Of a stretch of DNA of 64,000 nucleotides, positions 31,778 through 45,099 are shown in pieces. The DNA is from the human T2T-CHM13v2.0 reference genome, Homo sapiens: the NCBI RefSeq assembly GCF_009914755.1, contig NC_060935.1; one strand, given 5' to 3'. The notes under the pieces were generated by a model that had not been told where the DNA came from, did not search any database, and saw only the letters and a list, made by a program, of their open reading frames with translations. The position numbers and the translations under genes are program-made. How positions within the stretch are numbered: position 1 is the stretch's first letter; each line of letters begins with the position of its first letter.

Positions 31778-32830
31778 GTGTGTCAGTGTACTGGCAGGAA
31801 ATAGATGGTCTTTCAAATCTGGGACTGAGGAGAGTTTAATAAAGCCACCATTTATGAAGACTCATGAGAGGGGAAGCCAGCTGGGCTTCTGGGTGGGGTG
31901 GGGACTTGGAGAACTTTTCTGTCTAGCTAAAGCATTGTAAATGCACCAATCAGTGCTCTGTGTCTAGCTAAAGGATTGTAAATGCACCAATCAGCACTCT
32001 GTAAATTGGACCAATCAGCAGGATGTGGGCAGGGCCAAATAATAAAAGCTGGCCACCCGAGCCAGCAGCGGCAACCCGCTGGGGTCCCCTTCCAGGCTGT
32101 GGAAACTTTGTTCTTTCCCTCTTCACAATAAATCTTGCTGCTGCTCATTCTTTGGGTCCACACTACCTTTATGAGCTATAACACTCACTGCGAGGGTCTG
32201 CAGCTTCATTCCTGAAGTCAGCGAGACCACGAACCCACTGGGAGGAACAAACAACCCGGACGCACCACCTTTAAGAGTTGTAACACTCACTGTGAAGGTC
32301 TGCGGCTTCACTCCTGAAGTCAGTGAGACCACGGACCCACCAGAAGGAGGAAACTCCAGACACGTCAGAACATCTGAAGGAACAAACTCCGGACACACCA
32401 TCTTTAAGAACTGTAACACTCACCGCGAGGGTCCGTGGCTTCATTCTTGAAGTCAGCGAGACCAAGAACCCACCGGAAGGAATAAATTACAGACACACTT
32501 GGACAGGAGATAGGACCAGCATTCAGGGGCTCGTAACACCTGGGAGTCATCATCACCACCCCTGGGACTAAAGGGGCATGAGGGGACAATTATTTTCCCA
32601 ACCCCGAGAGAGAAAACGAAATGAGAGAGCACTTCAAAGAGACATGCAGAAAATCTGAGGTGCCCCTGTAGGAACCCAGATGGTAAATAAATACTCAAAT
32701 CTCATTCTCTTTCCTCACCCAATCTCCTGCCAGTGCTTTGTTTTGGCTGAAGCCAGAGGACATGTGCACACTGATGCAGCCCATCCTTAGGGATAGATGG
32801 TCACATGCTAAGTGAAATAACCAAACTGAA
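31778..32830 (-). mobile_element. LTR33-like ERVL LTR interrupted by LTR12
   Basis: ctggcaggaaatagatgg...gaggagagtttaataaag before the LTR12; ggggctcgtaac...caccacccctgggactaaaggggca after it. Confidence 0.6.
31865..32497 (+). mobile_element. Solo LTR12 (HERV9 LTR, short LTR12F-like variant)
   Basis: TG...CA ends (tgagagggga...agacaca), two 41-bp U3 repeats, CCAAT at 31946, 31987 and 32011, AATAAA at 32041 and 32127, three U5 repeats. Confidence 0.95.
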
Positions 32831-33399
32831 TGAACAGGCCCCTATTTCTTATCTCATTATAAGACTATGCCTATTTTCTCCAAAACACCTCACAACAATC
32901 CCCTCACTATATCATGCATTTTTGTGTTTTCCTCTTAAATTACTTTTCAATTGTAAATATTGTTATTACAAATAATAATCATGACTTAGATTAACTTGTG
33001 CATTATTGGATACTTTGTGTATACTTGTGGCCTACTCTTCAGTTGTTTGAAATCTCATAGCATTTCCTAATGACAAGAAAGGGGAGGTAATTATAGCTTA
33101 CCACTCAACATCATGAACATGAAGCTTTTTAAATTATGGGATCATTATATGCACATGACAATGAACAGCATGCCCTCTGTAAAGAGGAGGAAAACCACAA
33201 AACATCTTTTGGGAATCAGTCATAAAGGAGAATCATCAAATTAACTAGGATATGAAAGATTTCTGATGGCGTAGACGGATGCAGACTCCACTTTTGCCAT
33301 TTACAGAACTGCTTTTTTTAGGGCAAGTCATTTACTTTGCACGAGACTTTTGGTGGCTGTGGTTTTTGTTATCTCAGCTCCTTTTCTACCTCATTTGGA

Positions 33400-33714
33400 T
33401 GATAGATTTTACTAACCAAATCACAGAGCTAGGACCATGATCCAGGCTGAGCCAATCATATCATGTGCCATTCTACAGCCATAATGACCTTTGAACCTAG
33501 GTATTTTCCATGAAAAAGGAGGCAAGGAAAAGCATACTTATCACCCTCCTTTGGCTATAATAAATGTTACTGCGGAGCTCCTGAGATGGTTATCTTCCTG
33601 AATCTCATCGTCAAATTCTATGAACCACCTGAGTCTTCTTCCTGTAAATTGTTTTTACCTAACCTGTTTTGAGTTGAGTTCCTGTTACTTTCAACTGAAA
33701 GACTCGCCTAATAC
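33400..33714 (+). mobile_element. Old MLT1-type LTR fragment
   Basis: ccaggctgagccaatca and terminal gttgagttcctgttactttcaactgaaagactcgcctaatac. Confidence 0.55.
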
Positions 33715-33729
33715 CAAGCAAATACTGTC

Positions 33730-34085
33730 AGGTCCATGCCAGTCTTTGGCTTTTGTACTTGCTGTTCTTTCTGCTTAAAATGTTCCTCAGAAACTTCATG
33801 CTACCTCTCTCATTTCTTTCAGGTTTGAACTCAAATATCGACTTCTCAGTGAGGTCTCCCCTGGGATTTCCTCTAAACCACCCTCAGAGCCCTTTACCAC
33901 CTTCCCTTATCAATATCTAATATCTCATATATTTCATTCAATGGTCCTATACATCGTCTCTCTCCTCAACTAAAATGTAGGTAGGAGATTTTTACTTCTT
34001 TGTCCATTGCATAATTGGCATATCTAGAAAATGCATAGACATAGATAGATTGATAAATATTTGCTAAATAAGTGGGCAAATGAAT
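33730..34085 (+). mobile_element. L2a-like 3' fragment
   Basis: tttgtacttgctgttctttctgctt...ttctcagtgaggtctccc...ataaatatttgctaaata. Confidence 0.7.
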
Positions 34086-34629
34086 ATTAAACACATTCTG
34101 TGTGCCAGACACTGCACTCAGAGCTTAACACGTGGACTTTCATATAGCTCATAGGTATTTTTTGCATTTCTTGGTAATGATGAAATCATGGAAGTGATAC
34201 ATCTTATTAGTGTTCTCTTTATGAAGACTGTTACCTCCATGAGGGGAGGGGTTAGGCCTGCCTTTTTCTACACGGATCTCCATTGCCTAGTGAAGTAACT
34301 GGAACTTGGAACCTATATCTTGGATATGGAAACATGAAATGGACTCTATATCTTAAACATAGCCATGCTCCCCTTTTAGTCATGGCTTTGTTATAACCTA
34401 ATAAATATGACAACCAATGTATCTGCCAAAGTTTCCCTACTGGGGTTGGGTATTGGACAGCTTTGAGCAAAACAAGTCACTTATTCTTAGCCATCGCATT
34501 GGACTGACTCCTCTTTCTGCCTGTCTTGTTCTTATTTCCTTTCTCCTCTATTCTTAAATTATATTATTGTGTCCTTGTAAGCCACCTTGAATCCTTTCTG
34601 GAACAAGGCAGAGAATAAATTAATTAATT

Positions 34630-34800
34630 CACAGATTCATTTAATTCTCACAGCAACTCAGTGAGGTAGGTATTAGTTCCCTCATTACATGGAAGAGGAA
34701 ACTGAGCCTTAGAGATATTAAGCAATTTGTCCAAGGTCACATAACTGATAAATGTCAGAGTCGGGATTTAGATCCAAGAGAATCGGTCTCCATAGCTGGT
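34630..34800 (-). mobile_element. MIR
   Basis: gaggaaactgagccttagagatattaagcaatttgtccaaggtcaca. Confidence 0.8.
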
Positions 34801-37552
34801 ACTCCCCCACTCTCCTCATGATCTGCAATGTCTCAGGGATGCTTTGAGCTGAGGACTAGTGGAAATGATATTGGACAAAATGACAGCAGTCTGGGGCAAC
34901 TCCAGGCTTTTCTGTTTTTAGGCCACTGGGACCTTGGAGTAAAACCTGTCTTCTGAGTCTGTTTCCCCACTATTCAACGGGAGTGGTAATACATCTCCCT
35001 TCTGTACTCTGAGTTCCATCGAGGCTCCTCCACTGAGGAATGGGCCTGGTCTGAGACACAGTGGTCAAAGGTCCAGAATAAGGATCCAATTCAGAACTGG
35101 CAAGCCATGGCCAAAGGACAGCACGTTCATATCCACTATCATCTAATATTAACAACAAATGAAGCTGGATGTGCTCAGGATCCTTGTTTGACATGACTCT
35201 AGCTTACTTCCTGTACCAACAGCATAAAAAGACCAGTATCTCATAAAGTTAGAGACTTTGGGCATAATAGAGAGAAAAGGGGCTCTGAACTTAGACACAC
35301 TTTGGATAAAACCCTAACCTGTCTGCTGTGCCCTGAGGTTAAGGTTGAACTACTTAACCTCTCTAAATTTTACCTCTTCTATAAATTAAGAAGTACAGGA
35401 AAACCAGTCTCAACATTGACTATCACATTTTGAATGCATTTGAAAGTGATGACTGTTAAGAATGGCCCAGCTTTTTTGGCCATTGGCTTTTTCTCCCTGA
35501 ATTGCTTTTGCAAGTGTTATCTTATTCTTAAGATCCCTTCAAAGTTGGCCATGTTTTTACAGAAGCGAATATTCTTCAGGATGCTTAATTTCAAAATGGT
35601 GTTCCAAATATTTTCCCCTAAAACATGCATCTCTGTGAGAGAGCTTATATGGAACTAGGGCCAAGGCTCACATCTTCTATTTCATTTATTCATTCATGCA
35701 TTCATTCCACAAACATTCTTCTGCTCTGTGCCAATCACTATGCCTGACATGAATAAAGTTTTGCTCTAGAGCAGTCACATTCCTATGGGGAACAAAGACA
35801 GATAAGAAACTGTGTGACTTGTGGCATAATGAAGGGATAGAGAAGGTCTTACAGGAGCACAGAGAAGACCCAGCTGTAGATACATCACCCGAGGCATCCT
35901 CAACATCACAGTGCCTTCATGCATGGGCCTTGTTCTGGCTTTCGGACTCTAGAGAGCATTTGGTGTCTGTGTAGGGGGAAGGCCTCTTGATCTCCAGCAT
36001 GAGCTTGGATTCTGGGCTCCTGTCTTCTGGAAGGTTCTGCTTATGGACTTTCCCATTCCCTTGTAAAAACCCTCTGAACCAAGCCATGTAATCCATCAGG
36101 GCTTGGTGCCTTGTCATTTTTAATGGCACTAATTGTCTTGTTATCTACTTCTTTGCAATAGTAAAGCCTCTTAATATTTCATTTTCCCTCCAGAGGGAAA
36201 GAAAACCCTTTTTTTCACAGAGTCATTACACTCTGTCTCATTTGCATTAAAAAAGGAAATATAGAAGTTGTCGCATTCCATGGAGGTCCTCAATATACCT
36301 GCTATATATTCTGTGCATCAGTTACTAGTACTCCAGTACCGGATTACCAAAGTCCCAGGGATGCTCTAGTCCAACACCTCAACTTTGACATAAGAAATCT
36401 AAGATCTACAGAAGAGAGAGTCAGTTAGTTGGAATCTCCTGACTTCTGCCTCCCACCCTACTAGAGTACTTTCTTGGAAACCTCCAGGCTCAGCACAACT
36501 ACTCTCTCCAGTCAATATGTCTGCTGTGATCAACGGTTCCTATCTTGCCGAATTCACTCTTTTCTTGGTAATTCTTGCTAAGCGTGTAGGGGATGCTAGG
36601 CATTATGATAACTGCTTTAAATCATTTCCCTTTAGATCACAAAGGTACCTTTGGGGCTTATTGGGACAATGCAATTTAATGGACTAATTTAAAGGAAACA
36701 CACTGAAAAGCGCAGTGATATCTCTTTGGATGAACGAATAAATTTGGTCATTCAAGAGAAGGCAGCACATCATTTGCAGAACAGAGATACCATGGAGCCT
36801 ACAACTCTCCTCACTCCCTTCTCAGTCTTAGATTTACCAGACCAAATGCCACAGGGAAACCCCATGTTTCATTTTTCCACCAAAAGGAGCATGATCTGCA
36901 CATGTGACCAAATCAGAAGACAAATGTGTAGATACTTGCCTTACCCTAATATCAAACTTGTTTTGAAGTGTGGGTGATATAACTTTTACTCCTCTCTATC
37001 CTAACTTGTAAGTATACCTACCTAAAAAAGGTATATGGTATACCTGGGCCTACACAGAAGCTAAGAAGGACAGTGAGGATTCCACGCCAGGCATTTAGCT
37101 TATTTTCTATCACTATATCATGCAGAAAAAGAAAGAAGAGGACCTAGCAGGATGCCAGTGTCCTTGTTTTGATAATTCATTTAATCTTTCTGATATTATC
37201 CCTCTAAACTTCAGATTCCTCATCTATTAAAAAAAATGAAGAAGGATAATATCTTCTCTGCTTACTTTACACTAAAAATAAAATCAGAGACTAAATGGAA
37301 AAAATAACTTGTATATTTTTAAAAATAACTTTTCTCTCTTAATTCTAAGTGAACATTCACTTATTTTTTCATTAGAAAAGAAAGGCAGGATATAATATTT
37401 TAAATCAAACATTGAGCCTCAAAATGCTTACAGCTGGCACTTTGGGAACAAATTAGAGCCCAGAAGCAAAGATAAATGGAAAGCATTTACAAGCTATATG
37501 ATCTGGAAAATGGGAAGAGAGTCGATTTTTGAAAAGACAGGAAGAAACAATT

Positions 37553-38296
37553 GACTGAATAATTAGAAAACAGAAATGATACATTAACAGTCTTAGCACA
37601 CCACAGAGAATAGGGACATGGACAGATTCATTAGAGGGCTGTTTTTTCTTTTAGCACAGCCTCAGTGGCTTTAACACAGACAGATGTGAAGGGGAAAGGT
37701 CAGACTGTTAAGAAAGGCAGCAGAGCTACTGAAGAGGAAGAATACAAACAAAAACAAAATTACACTGTTTTACATTGCAAATTCATAGTCACAGGATTCC
37801 AGATGCAGGATCCAACTGATTGTAACAGAATGGACTTGCTGGGAAGGAAAAAGACTAAAAAGAGTGAAAATGAAAGCAGGAGGTTTAATGATTAAAAGCA
37901 TAGATTTTGTTGCAGGACTGCCTGGGTTTGAGTATGAGCTTTACTAACTGTGTGACCTTCAATAGGTGACATAATTTCTCTGGCCTCAGTTTTTTCCTCT
38001 CTAAATTGAGAATAATTACAGTATCTTTCTTATTGAGTGGTTATAGAAAATAACTGAGTAAATACAGTTAAATACAGACTGATAATGACAAAACAGAAAT
38101 AATACATTAACAGTCTCAGCATACCACAGCGACTGGTTGATTCATCAGAGAGTTACTTTTCAACACAGCCTCAGTGGACAGATGAGAAGGGAAGAGTTAG
38201 ACTGTTAAGAAAGACAGCAGGGCTACTGAATAGTAAAATCATTAACAGAAACCAACTTACATTATTTTGCATTGCAAATTCAGTCATATGATTGCA
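37553..38296 (+). repeat. Diverged local direct duplication (copy 1 37553-37801, copy 2 38077-38296)
   Basis: Shared colinear blocks aaaacagaaat, atacattaacagtct, cacagcctcagtgg, agactgttaagaaag, gctactgaa, cattgcaaattca. Confidence 0.9.
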
Positions 38297-38330
38297 AGTA
38301 AATTGCTTAGAACAATGCCTGATACTTCTT
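37880..38330 (+). mobile_element. MIR split by the duplicated segment
   Basis: MIR body up to ~38070 (gagtaaataca), resuming at ~38298 (gtaaattgcttagaacaatgcctg). Confidence 0.75.
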
Positions 38331-38673
38331 CGAAACAGGTGTGTTAATTCTTATTGTCCATATATGAAAGAAATTTAAAGGTATTAAAAGCCCTGTCAAA
38401 CACGAGATGGTGAGGAAAAAAAAACCCCTCAGATTAGTAATTTCTGATATATGGCAGCATCACTGATGAAGCCACACAGAGCTCCTAGCTATCAACAGGT
38501 GATCAAGGAAGAAATTTCAGATACAGCAAAGATGAGAAAAACAGGAAGACAGATAATGCTAGAGAAAAAAGAAAAAGTTACCTGAAAAATATTTAGTAAA
38601 AATTTGCACCTGGCAGATTATTTTGTTTCCTAAACCCGGCTGGATATCACTTTCTAAAGGAAATATTATGTTA

Positions 38674-38805
38674 AAAAAGAAAGGAAAAAAAAGAAAGGAT
38701 GGAAGGAGGGAAGGAGGGAAGGGAGGAAGGGAGGAAGGGAGGGAAGGAGGGGAAGGGAGAGAGAAAGGAAAGGAAGGAAGGAAGAGAAAAGAGAAAAAAG
38801 AGGAG
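38674..38805 (+). repeat. Purine-rich (GGAA/GGGA)n low-complexity tract
   Basis: Seen directly. Confidence 0.9.
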
Positions 38806-38829
38806 GTGAAAGTGATAATGAAGCTATAA

Positions 38830-39045
38830 CATGAGACTGCCTGGTTTTATATCCTTGGCTATGTCATTTACAGGCTGTGAGGCCTTAGATGAGTTACTTA
38901 ATCTTTCTGAGTCTACTCTTCCATAAAATGGAGATGATAACAAATAGCTTATAGGATTTTGTGAGGAGTCAATGAAATTACTTAAGGCCATTTAGAACAC
39001 TGCCAAGCACTTGTTAACACACAGCAACTGTCCAGTAGATATTAT
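38830..39045 (+). mobile_element. MIR
   Basis: gactgcctggtt...gagttacttaatctttctgagtct...taaaatggagatgataa. Confidence 0.75.
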
Positions 39046-39519
39046 TCCTGAACGCTGAAATATGCCAAGTATTGTTCCTGGTATTGTACAGGTAAAATGT
39101 TAAAAACCTCAGAACAACCCACTGAAGAGAGCAGACCTCAAGGGTATTAGTCATCTCCTCAGCACCTGTCAGCTAATGAGTAGCAAAGCTAGGATTCTAA
39201 TCCAGCCGTTTCTGGATCCCATGTCCCATGCTCCACTGCCTCCCAAATGAGTCACCGAGTGTAAATCACATCCATTACACCGCATAGCACATCACGTAAC
39301 ACCCCAAAAACTTGTGTATGCATTAAAGACATGTAGTATTTTACGTAAACCCAAGTTTTTATTTTAAAGCCAAATGTGAACAGCTGATAAAAGTTATAAC
39401 AACTATGATTTATTATATACGAAGGGCTTTACATACATCACATCATCATTGTCATTGTCATCATTATTACTTTAGTGTCTGCCTGTTATGCATCTGATGC
39501 TATGTTTCATATTTTATAT

Positions 39520-39672
39520 CTGTGCTTCTCAAACTTTAAAGTGGATAAGAATCACCTGGAGATCTTGTTAAAATGCTGATTCTGATTCAGTAGTTCTGGG
39601 GATAGCCTGAGAGTCTGCATTTTTAGCCAGGTGTTACTAATGCTGGTTTTTCTTTTAAGCTTAGAGTAGCAA
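39520..39672 (+). mobile_element. MER5A1
   Basis: ctgtgcttctcaaactttaa...gaatcacctggagatcttgttaaaatgctgattctgattcagtag. Confidence 0.85.
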
Positions 39673-40104
39673 CATTTTACAGGCTATTCTTCCTCTACAT
39701 TAATGCTGTTATAAGAATTTTACAGGAACTATTATGCCCATTTTAATGAAGAAGGAACTGAGGCTCAGAGAGGTTATGAGCCCAGCCTCTGGATATAGTA
39801 AGCAGGAGACAGAGCCAGAATTCAAGCTGCCATACTTCTGGGTCCAATATCCCTCAATATCTCCCTCAAATACATAAAAGACCATATTTAATTGAATTCA
39901 CATTCCAGCATTTTAAAATATTCACTTTTATTTCAGAAACATTAGCTAAGTATTCATATATATTTTAAAAACCTAATTGAATATCAAAATATAATAAATA
40001 TACATCCTTGTCCTTTATAATAGCAGTCTAGTAGGAAGGCAGAGAAATAAACAAGCACTAAAACATAATATGAAGTAATCAGTACTGGCAAGAGTACAAG
40101 AAAT

Positions 40105-40288
40105 TAAGGACTTTGATACAATCTTATAGGAATTTCAGCTGGCACAACTTTTCAGCTGGGTAATGTGGTTTTATGTCAAAATGCAAAATATGTGTACTGA
40201 TTGACATATAAATTTTGTTTCTATACATTTATCCTAGAAAAAAATAAATAGGGAATATGTGACATAGGTAGGTAGGTAGGTAGCTAGG

Positions 40289-40342
<54 letters not shown>

Positions 40343-40745
40343 TTCATTGGATGTTCATTGTAGTATTATTTAAGAACAGTGAAATAATTGAAACAATTGA
40401 ATAACTGAATTCAATATCCACTGGAAGAAAATTGACTAAATTATCTGTGCACTCAGACTGTGAACTACCGTAGATCTATTTAGAAGGATAAACTATAGCT
40501 ATATGAATTGACATGGGTAATTATTCACAGGATATTTTATGTGTGAAAAAAACATTAGTAAATAATATGTTTGGTAAGACTGTTCATGTAATGAATGTTT
40601 ATTTAACTGATAAAACTAGCACATGTAAAGTATGTTGATATCCATGGTATTTGTCTTGGGGGAGGGGATAAATAAAAGGGCTTTCACTTTCTCTTTTATC
40701 TGGTTGTATCCAATATTTTTACCAGGTGGATATACTGATTTGCAA
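40105..40745 (+). mobile_element. Old L1ME-like 3' fragment
   Basis: ggatgttcattgtagtattattt...gaattgacatggg. Confidence 0.6.
40265..40342 (+). repeat. Compound STR (TAGG)4 TAGC TAGG (TAGA)13
   Basis: Counted directly. Confidence 0.97.
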
Positions 40746-41438
40746 TTGGCAATAACTACAAGGATATTGCCATTGTAGAATTAAACATCCACTGTCAAAA
40801 ACAAAGGGTGGGCAGAGTGTTACTGCCAGTGAGAGGCAGGAGCTCTTCTCACTGGCTGACCAGTTTTGGGAAACTCCATAGAGAGGTGACAGGACACATG
40901 AAGGTGGATGGTTGAGTAGGATTTCCTTAGGATTGGAGGAGAGGAAAAAGCACTGGAGCTTGGAGAGAAGTTAAGCAAGTCACTGTGACTTGATGACAGC
41001 GGAATAAATAGATCAGGGTGCTGTCTGCTTTCTCGGAGGTCGCAAGCAATGTGAGAAGACAATGCATATATGTATAAGACAATTCGAGATTCAAAGCAAG
41101 GCAATGTAGGAATTTAGAGAGAAGATGCAGATTTGGACAAGAATTTTTCAGAACAGGAGGATTTAGTTCTTTCTACAGGGGTTTTCAATTTTATCCCAGC
41201 CTCTGAACACCTGAATGACAGGACAAATTTCATTATAATGGTGGCACAGAAGGCTAGCAATTCTCAAGGAAATTGGAGGATGGGGTGTCAGTTTCCCTTT
41301 GATGACTCCTAGCACAGAAAGTCACTCTGAGAGAAAATTGTTGAGAGACAATGAGTAAAAGCTTGGCTGGAAAGGCTACTTGGTTTGTAGAAGCTTAGAG
41401 CATCTTTGCTACCTAAAAAGTAGTATCAGGTCCTTCTG

Positions 41439-41478
41439 CAAGACTAGATCCCTCTCCAAGACTAGATCCCTCTCCAAG
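41439..41478 (+). repeat. Exact 18-bp tandem duplication CAAGACTAGATCCCTCTC x2
   Basis: 41439-41456 equals 41457-41474, followed by CAAG. Confidence 0.95.
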
Positions 41479-42189
41479 AGCAAGGTTGTTACAACTCATC
41501 CATGTGACATCCTCTTTTGGATTCCCCAGATTGTTTACCAATTTTGGGGTTATATGCAAATAATATTATAACATGACAGTAATTTAAAAGTTAGAGCATT
41601 AAAAATCATCCATCTTTCACTCATTTATAAGTTAATTTTATATATTTTATATTGACTGCTGAGTCTTCATCCATAAGCATATATCATTTTAATAGTAACA
41701 GTAATACATACATACTCTCTTCATTGATTTTTATTACTTAACATTATAGGTACATATTTTCTCATGTAAATACACAGTCCATAATTGAAATTTTAATGAC
41801 TGCATTATATTCCATTGAGTTGGTGTGCCATATTTACTTACCCAGTTGTCAGACATTTAAGCTGTAATGAGTAATATGGTTTATACATTCTTTTTATATT
41901 AAAAACTATTTCTTCACAATAAATTCCTTGGAGATAGATTATTCAGTCAAAAATTATAAATCATTTCTTGTCTCTAAAAAAGGCCAAATTTCTATGACCA
42001 CTCACCTCATACGTATATGCAGTTTTATCACAATGCCACTAGTACTTTATATTATTATTTTTAAAGAAGACATCTTCTAACTTTAAAGGTGCAAATTGAG
42101 ACTTGCTATTCTGTAGTTTTTTTTAAAGGTTTTCAATGGCAAGTGCTAATAAGTCTTTTATTTGATGTGAATGTTGAGCTTATAAGTAC

Positions 42190-42412
42190 TTATTTGGTTA
42201 TGAGGTTCAGTTTGCTTGTGCACTCACGCAAGTTATTTAATCAATTTGTCTTTCTGTTTCCTAGCTATAGAATGGCAATAATCAAGTGTTTATCTGGCTG
42301 GATTGTTGTGAGGATTAAGTGTGTTAATAGACAGAAAGCACCTAAAATGGTGTCTGGTACACAAAAATCACTCAATTTATGTCAGATGTTATTTTTTATT
42401 GTTGTTATTATC
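42190..42412 (+). mobile_element. MIR
   Basis: ggattgttgtgaggattaagtg...aaatggtgtctggtacacaaaaatcactcaat. Confidence 0.75.
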
Positions 42413-42688
42413 AGTAGGACAAGTATTGACATTAATTTGATAGAAACAAAGGATTACAATTTCTGTTTCCTATTGTGAGAATTGATAGTTCAAATCATTT
42501 GGGACATAAATATTTTCTCTAAGTTATTTATGTATCTACTGCTTTGATTATTAGGACCACATAGCCACAACTGATGGATAATTTTGAGGAAATTCCTTAG
42601 GTCCCTTGTCTCCATTTCTTCATCCTCTAAACATGAGAATGGACATACCCTTCAAGATGTTTGTGAGGATTTGAAATAATATGCATAA

Positions 42689-42999
<311 letters not shown>

Positions 43000-44089
43000 A
43001 ATTTAATCTTCTTAAAGGCTAATATAAGAATTATCTTAGGAAGAGGGCTTTCTTTTTTTCAGAAATTGCCACCTTAGCCATCTTGAGGTGGGCTTCAAGG
43101 CTTTAGAGAAGAAAGGGAAACCACTTTTCATGAGAAAGAGAAGCAATTTGTTACTGAGAAGAAGAGAGGAGAGGAGAGTGATAGAAGTGGGGAGGCCAAA
43201 AGATAGCCAGGGCTTTGTAGTGACATCCTGTATTACCCTGGGACACTCCAAAATTTTCCATGTAGTTCCTATTTCCACAATATATGTAGAGTGAATTTAT
43301 TTCAGGGACTGAGTTTGATGTGGGACAGTACAAAGAGAGCCCCCAGGGAAATTCAGGGACCCAGAGCTTAGTAAAGGGATATGTAGAGACACATGACCAA
43401 AGGTTGATAGGATTTTCCCCAATAAGGCTTTGATTATCCCAAAGCCATAGATTAAGGAGATCTCAAGGTACAGGGAGGCCCAGTTAGCATCAGGTGTATA
43501 TCTATGTAAAACCCAGAACAGTACCTGGTGTATGAGAATTAGTTGCCCAATAAATTGGAGCATATTTAACATAAACTTTCTTTCTTACATTTGACAGGCA
43601 ACTATGCATTTTCACATACATTATTTATCCTCATTTAATCTTCACAATAATTTTGGCATATTTGGGGCAAATATTTTTCTCAATCTGTTGTTTTCCTTTT
43701 TATTTTACTTATGATTATCTTTTCATTGTGCCCACATTTGAAAATTGTATGTAATTGAATATGTCAATCTTTTTCCTTGTGATTTCTTTTGTTGCTTCAA
43801 ACCTTAGAAGGCCATCATTCCTCCAAGAAATCAGTAAGCACTCAATTGTATTTTTCACTAGTCATCTGATGATTTTATTTTTAAATTTTTTTTGAAAAGT
43901 TTAACTCTACACAGTGTCTTCATAAAAGCAGATATAGTGAAACAGGGATAAACTACATTTAGTGAACTAAGAAATTTTACATTAGCTAGTTGTTAGTGGA
44001 TTTACATGTCATAGATATGTGTGTCTGCATGTATGTGTGTAACCACAATGACCTTGTGAGATATGTTTTATTGTACCCATTTTACAGAA

Positions 44090-44320
44090 AATCACATTTG
44101 CTGAGTCCTTACCTCCTGCAAGGCTCTCTTTTAAGCACTTTGCAGTCTGTCTTTACGGCAACTCTATCACAGAGGTAGGGTTATTATTTTCATTTCACAT
44201 GTAAAGAAACCAAGGCATCGAGCAGCTAAATCACTTAGTCAAGGTCACAGTCCTGGAAGACGACAGTGTGAAGATTTATACCCCGTCAGTCTGACTCTCG
44301 AGCTACTTGCTTAGCTACTC
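44090..44320 (-). mobile_element. MIR
   Basis: cacttagtcaaggtcacag...cagtctgactctcgagc. Confidence 0.7.
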
Positions 44321-45099
44321 CCACACACAGAAACACTGTAGATCCAAGGGGCTGGGCCCGTCACATGTTAGGTGGGGGTGGGTCTGATGATACAGTCCAG
44401 TATTTTCTTCTTTTCTTTTCTTTTTACAACTATACTCTCTGAATCAGTCCCCCACTCCCTCCAGATTGGATAGTTGAGATGGCAATATCATTAACATAGA
44501 GACATCCTGCTAATTGCACTCAACATTTTGAAATATGAATATAAACCAATCTATAAGGCAAGAGAGAGCAAAATATTCAGAAAAGCAGAAGCTGCAGCGA
44601 GTGCAAATGTGCTTCTCAAGGCTGTTTCCACTCAGGGGTTTATGTGCCTGGTAAAAATTAAATGGCTATGTGATAAATTGACCATGAGATAAAGGAATTT
44701 TCAAGGGAATAGTGAAGGGAGGAACAAAAATGATTAAGAAAATGGGACTAACTGGGTGAGAAAAGATTAAAGGAGTTAACTGTGTATAGCTGAGCTTGGT
44801 AAAGGCAGAAAGGGAGGTGAAACACCAACAAGTATTCAAGCCCAAGAAGATCGAAGGTTAATTCCGTAGGGTAGGAGGACAAGAATTATTTCTGATGGTC
44901 TAGTCATTACTCAAATTAAATAAAAATTAATAGGAAAAGAGAAGCAAAATCAGTAGCCAGATACTTTACAAAGTATTCACACAACAACCTAGTCATATAA
45001 CCAACAGCAAGAGCAGCTAAAGATCAGGTGGGAGAAATGGGAGCTGCTGGCTCCTAGGTGGTCATTTTGTTTTGCTAGGCAGCTTCCAAAAAGCCCCTG

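Noticed and set aside
31918-32497. Spaced direct repeats resembling a CRISPR-like array
   Set aside because: These are the normal U3 and U5 tandem repeats of LTR12, in eukaryotic DNA with no unique spacers or cas genes.
34970-35194. 74-aa minus-strand ORF in non-repeat DNA
   Set aside because: Length expected by chance; no recognisable domain or exon boundaries.
40825-40856. 10-bp stem hairpin gccagtgaga / tctcactggc
   Set aside because: Too short for an RNA gene call and plausible by chance in 64 kb.
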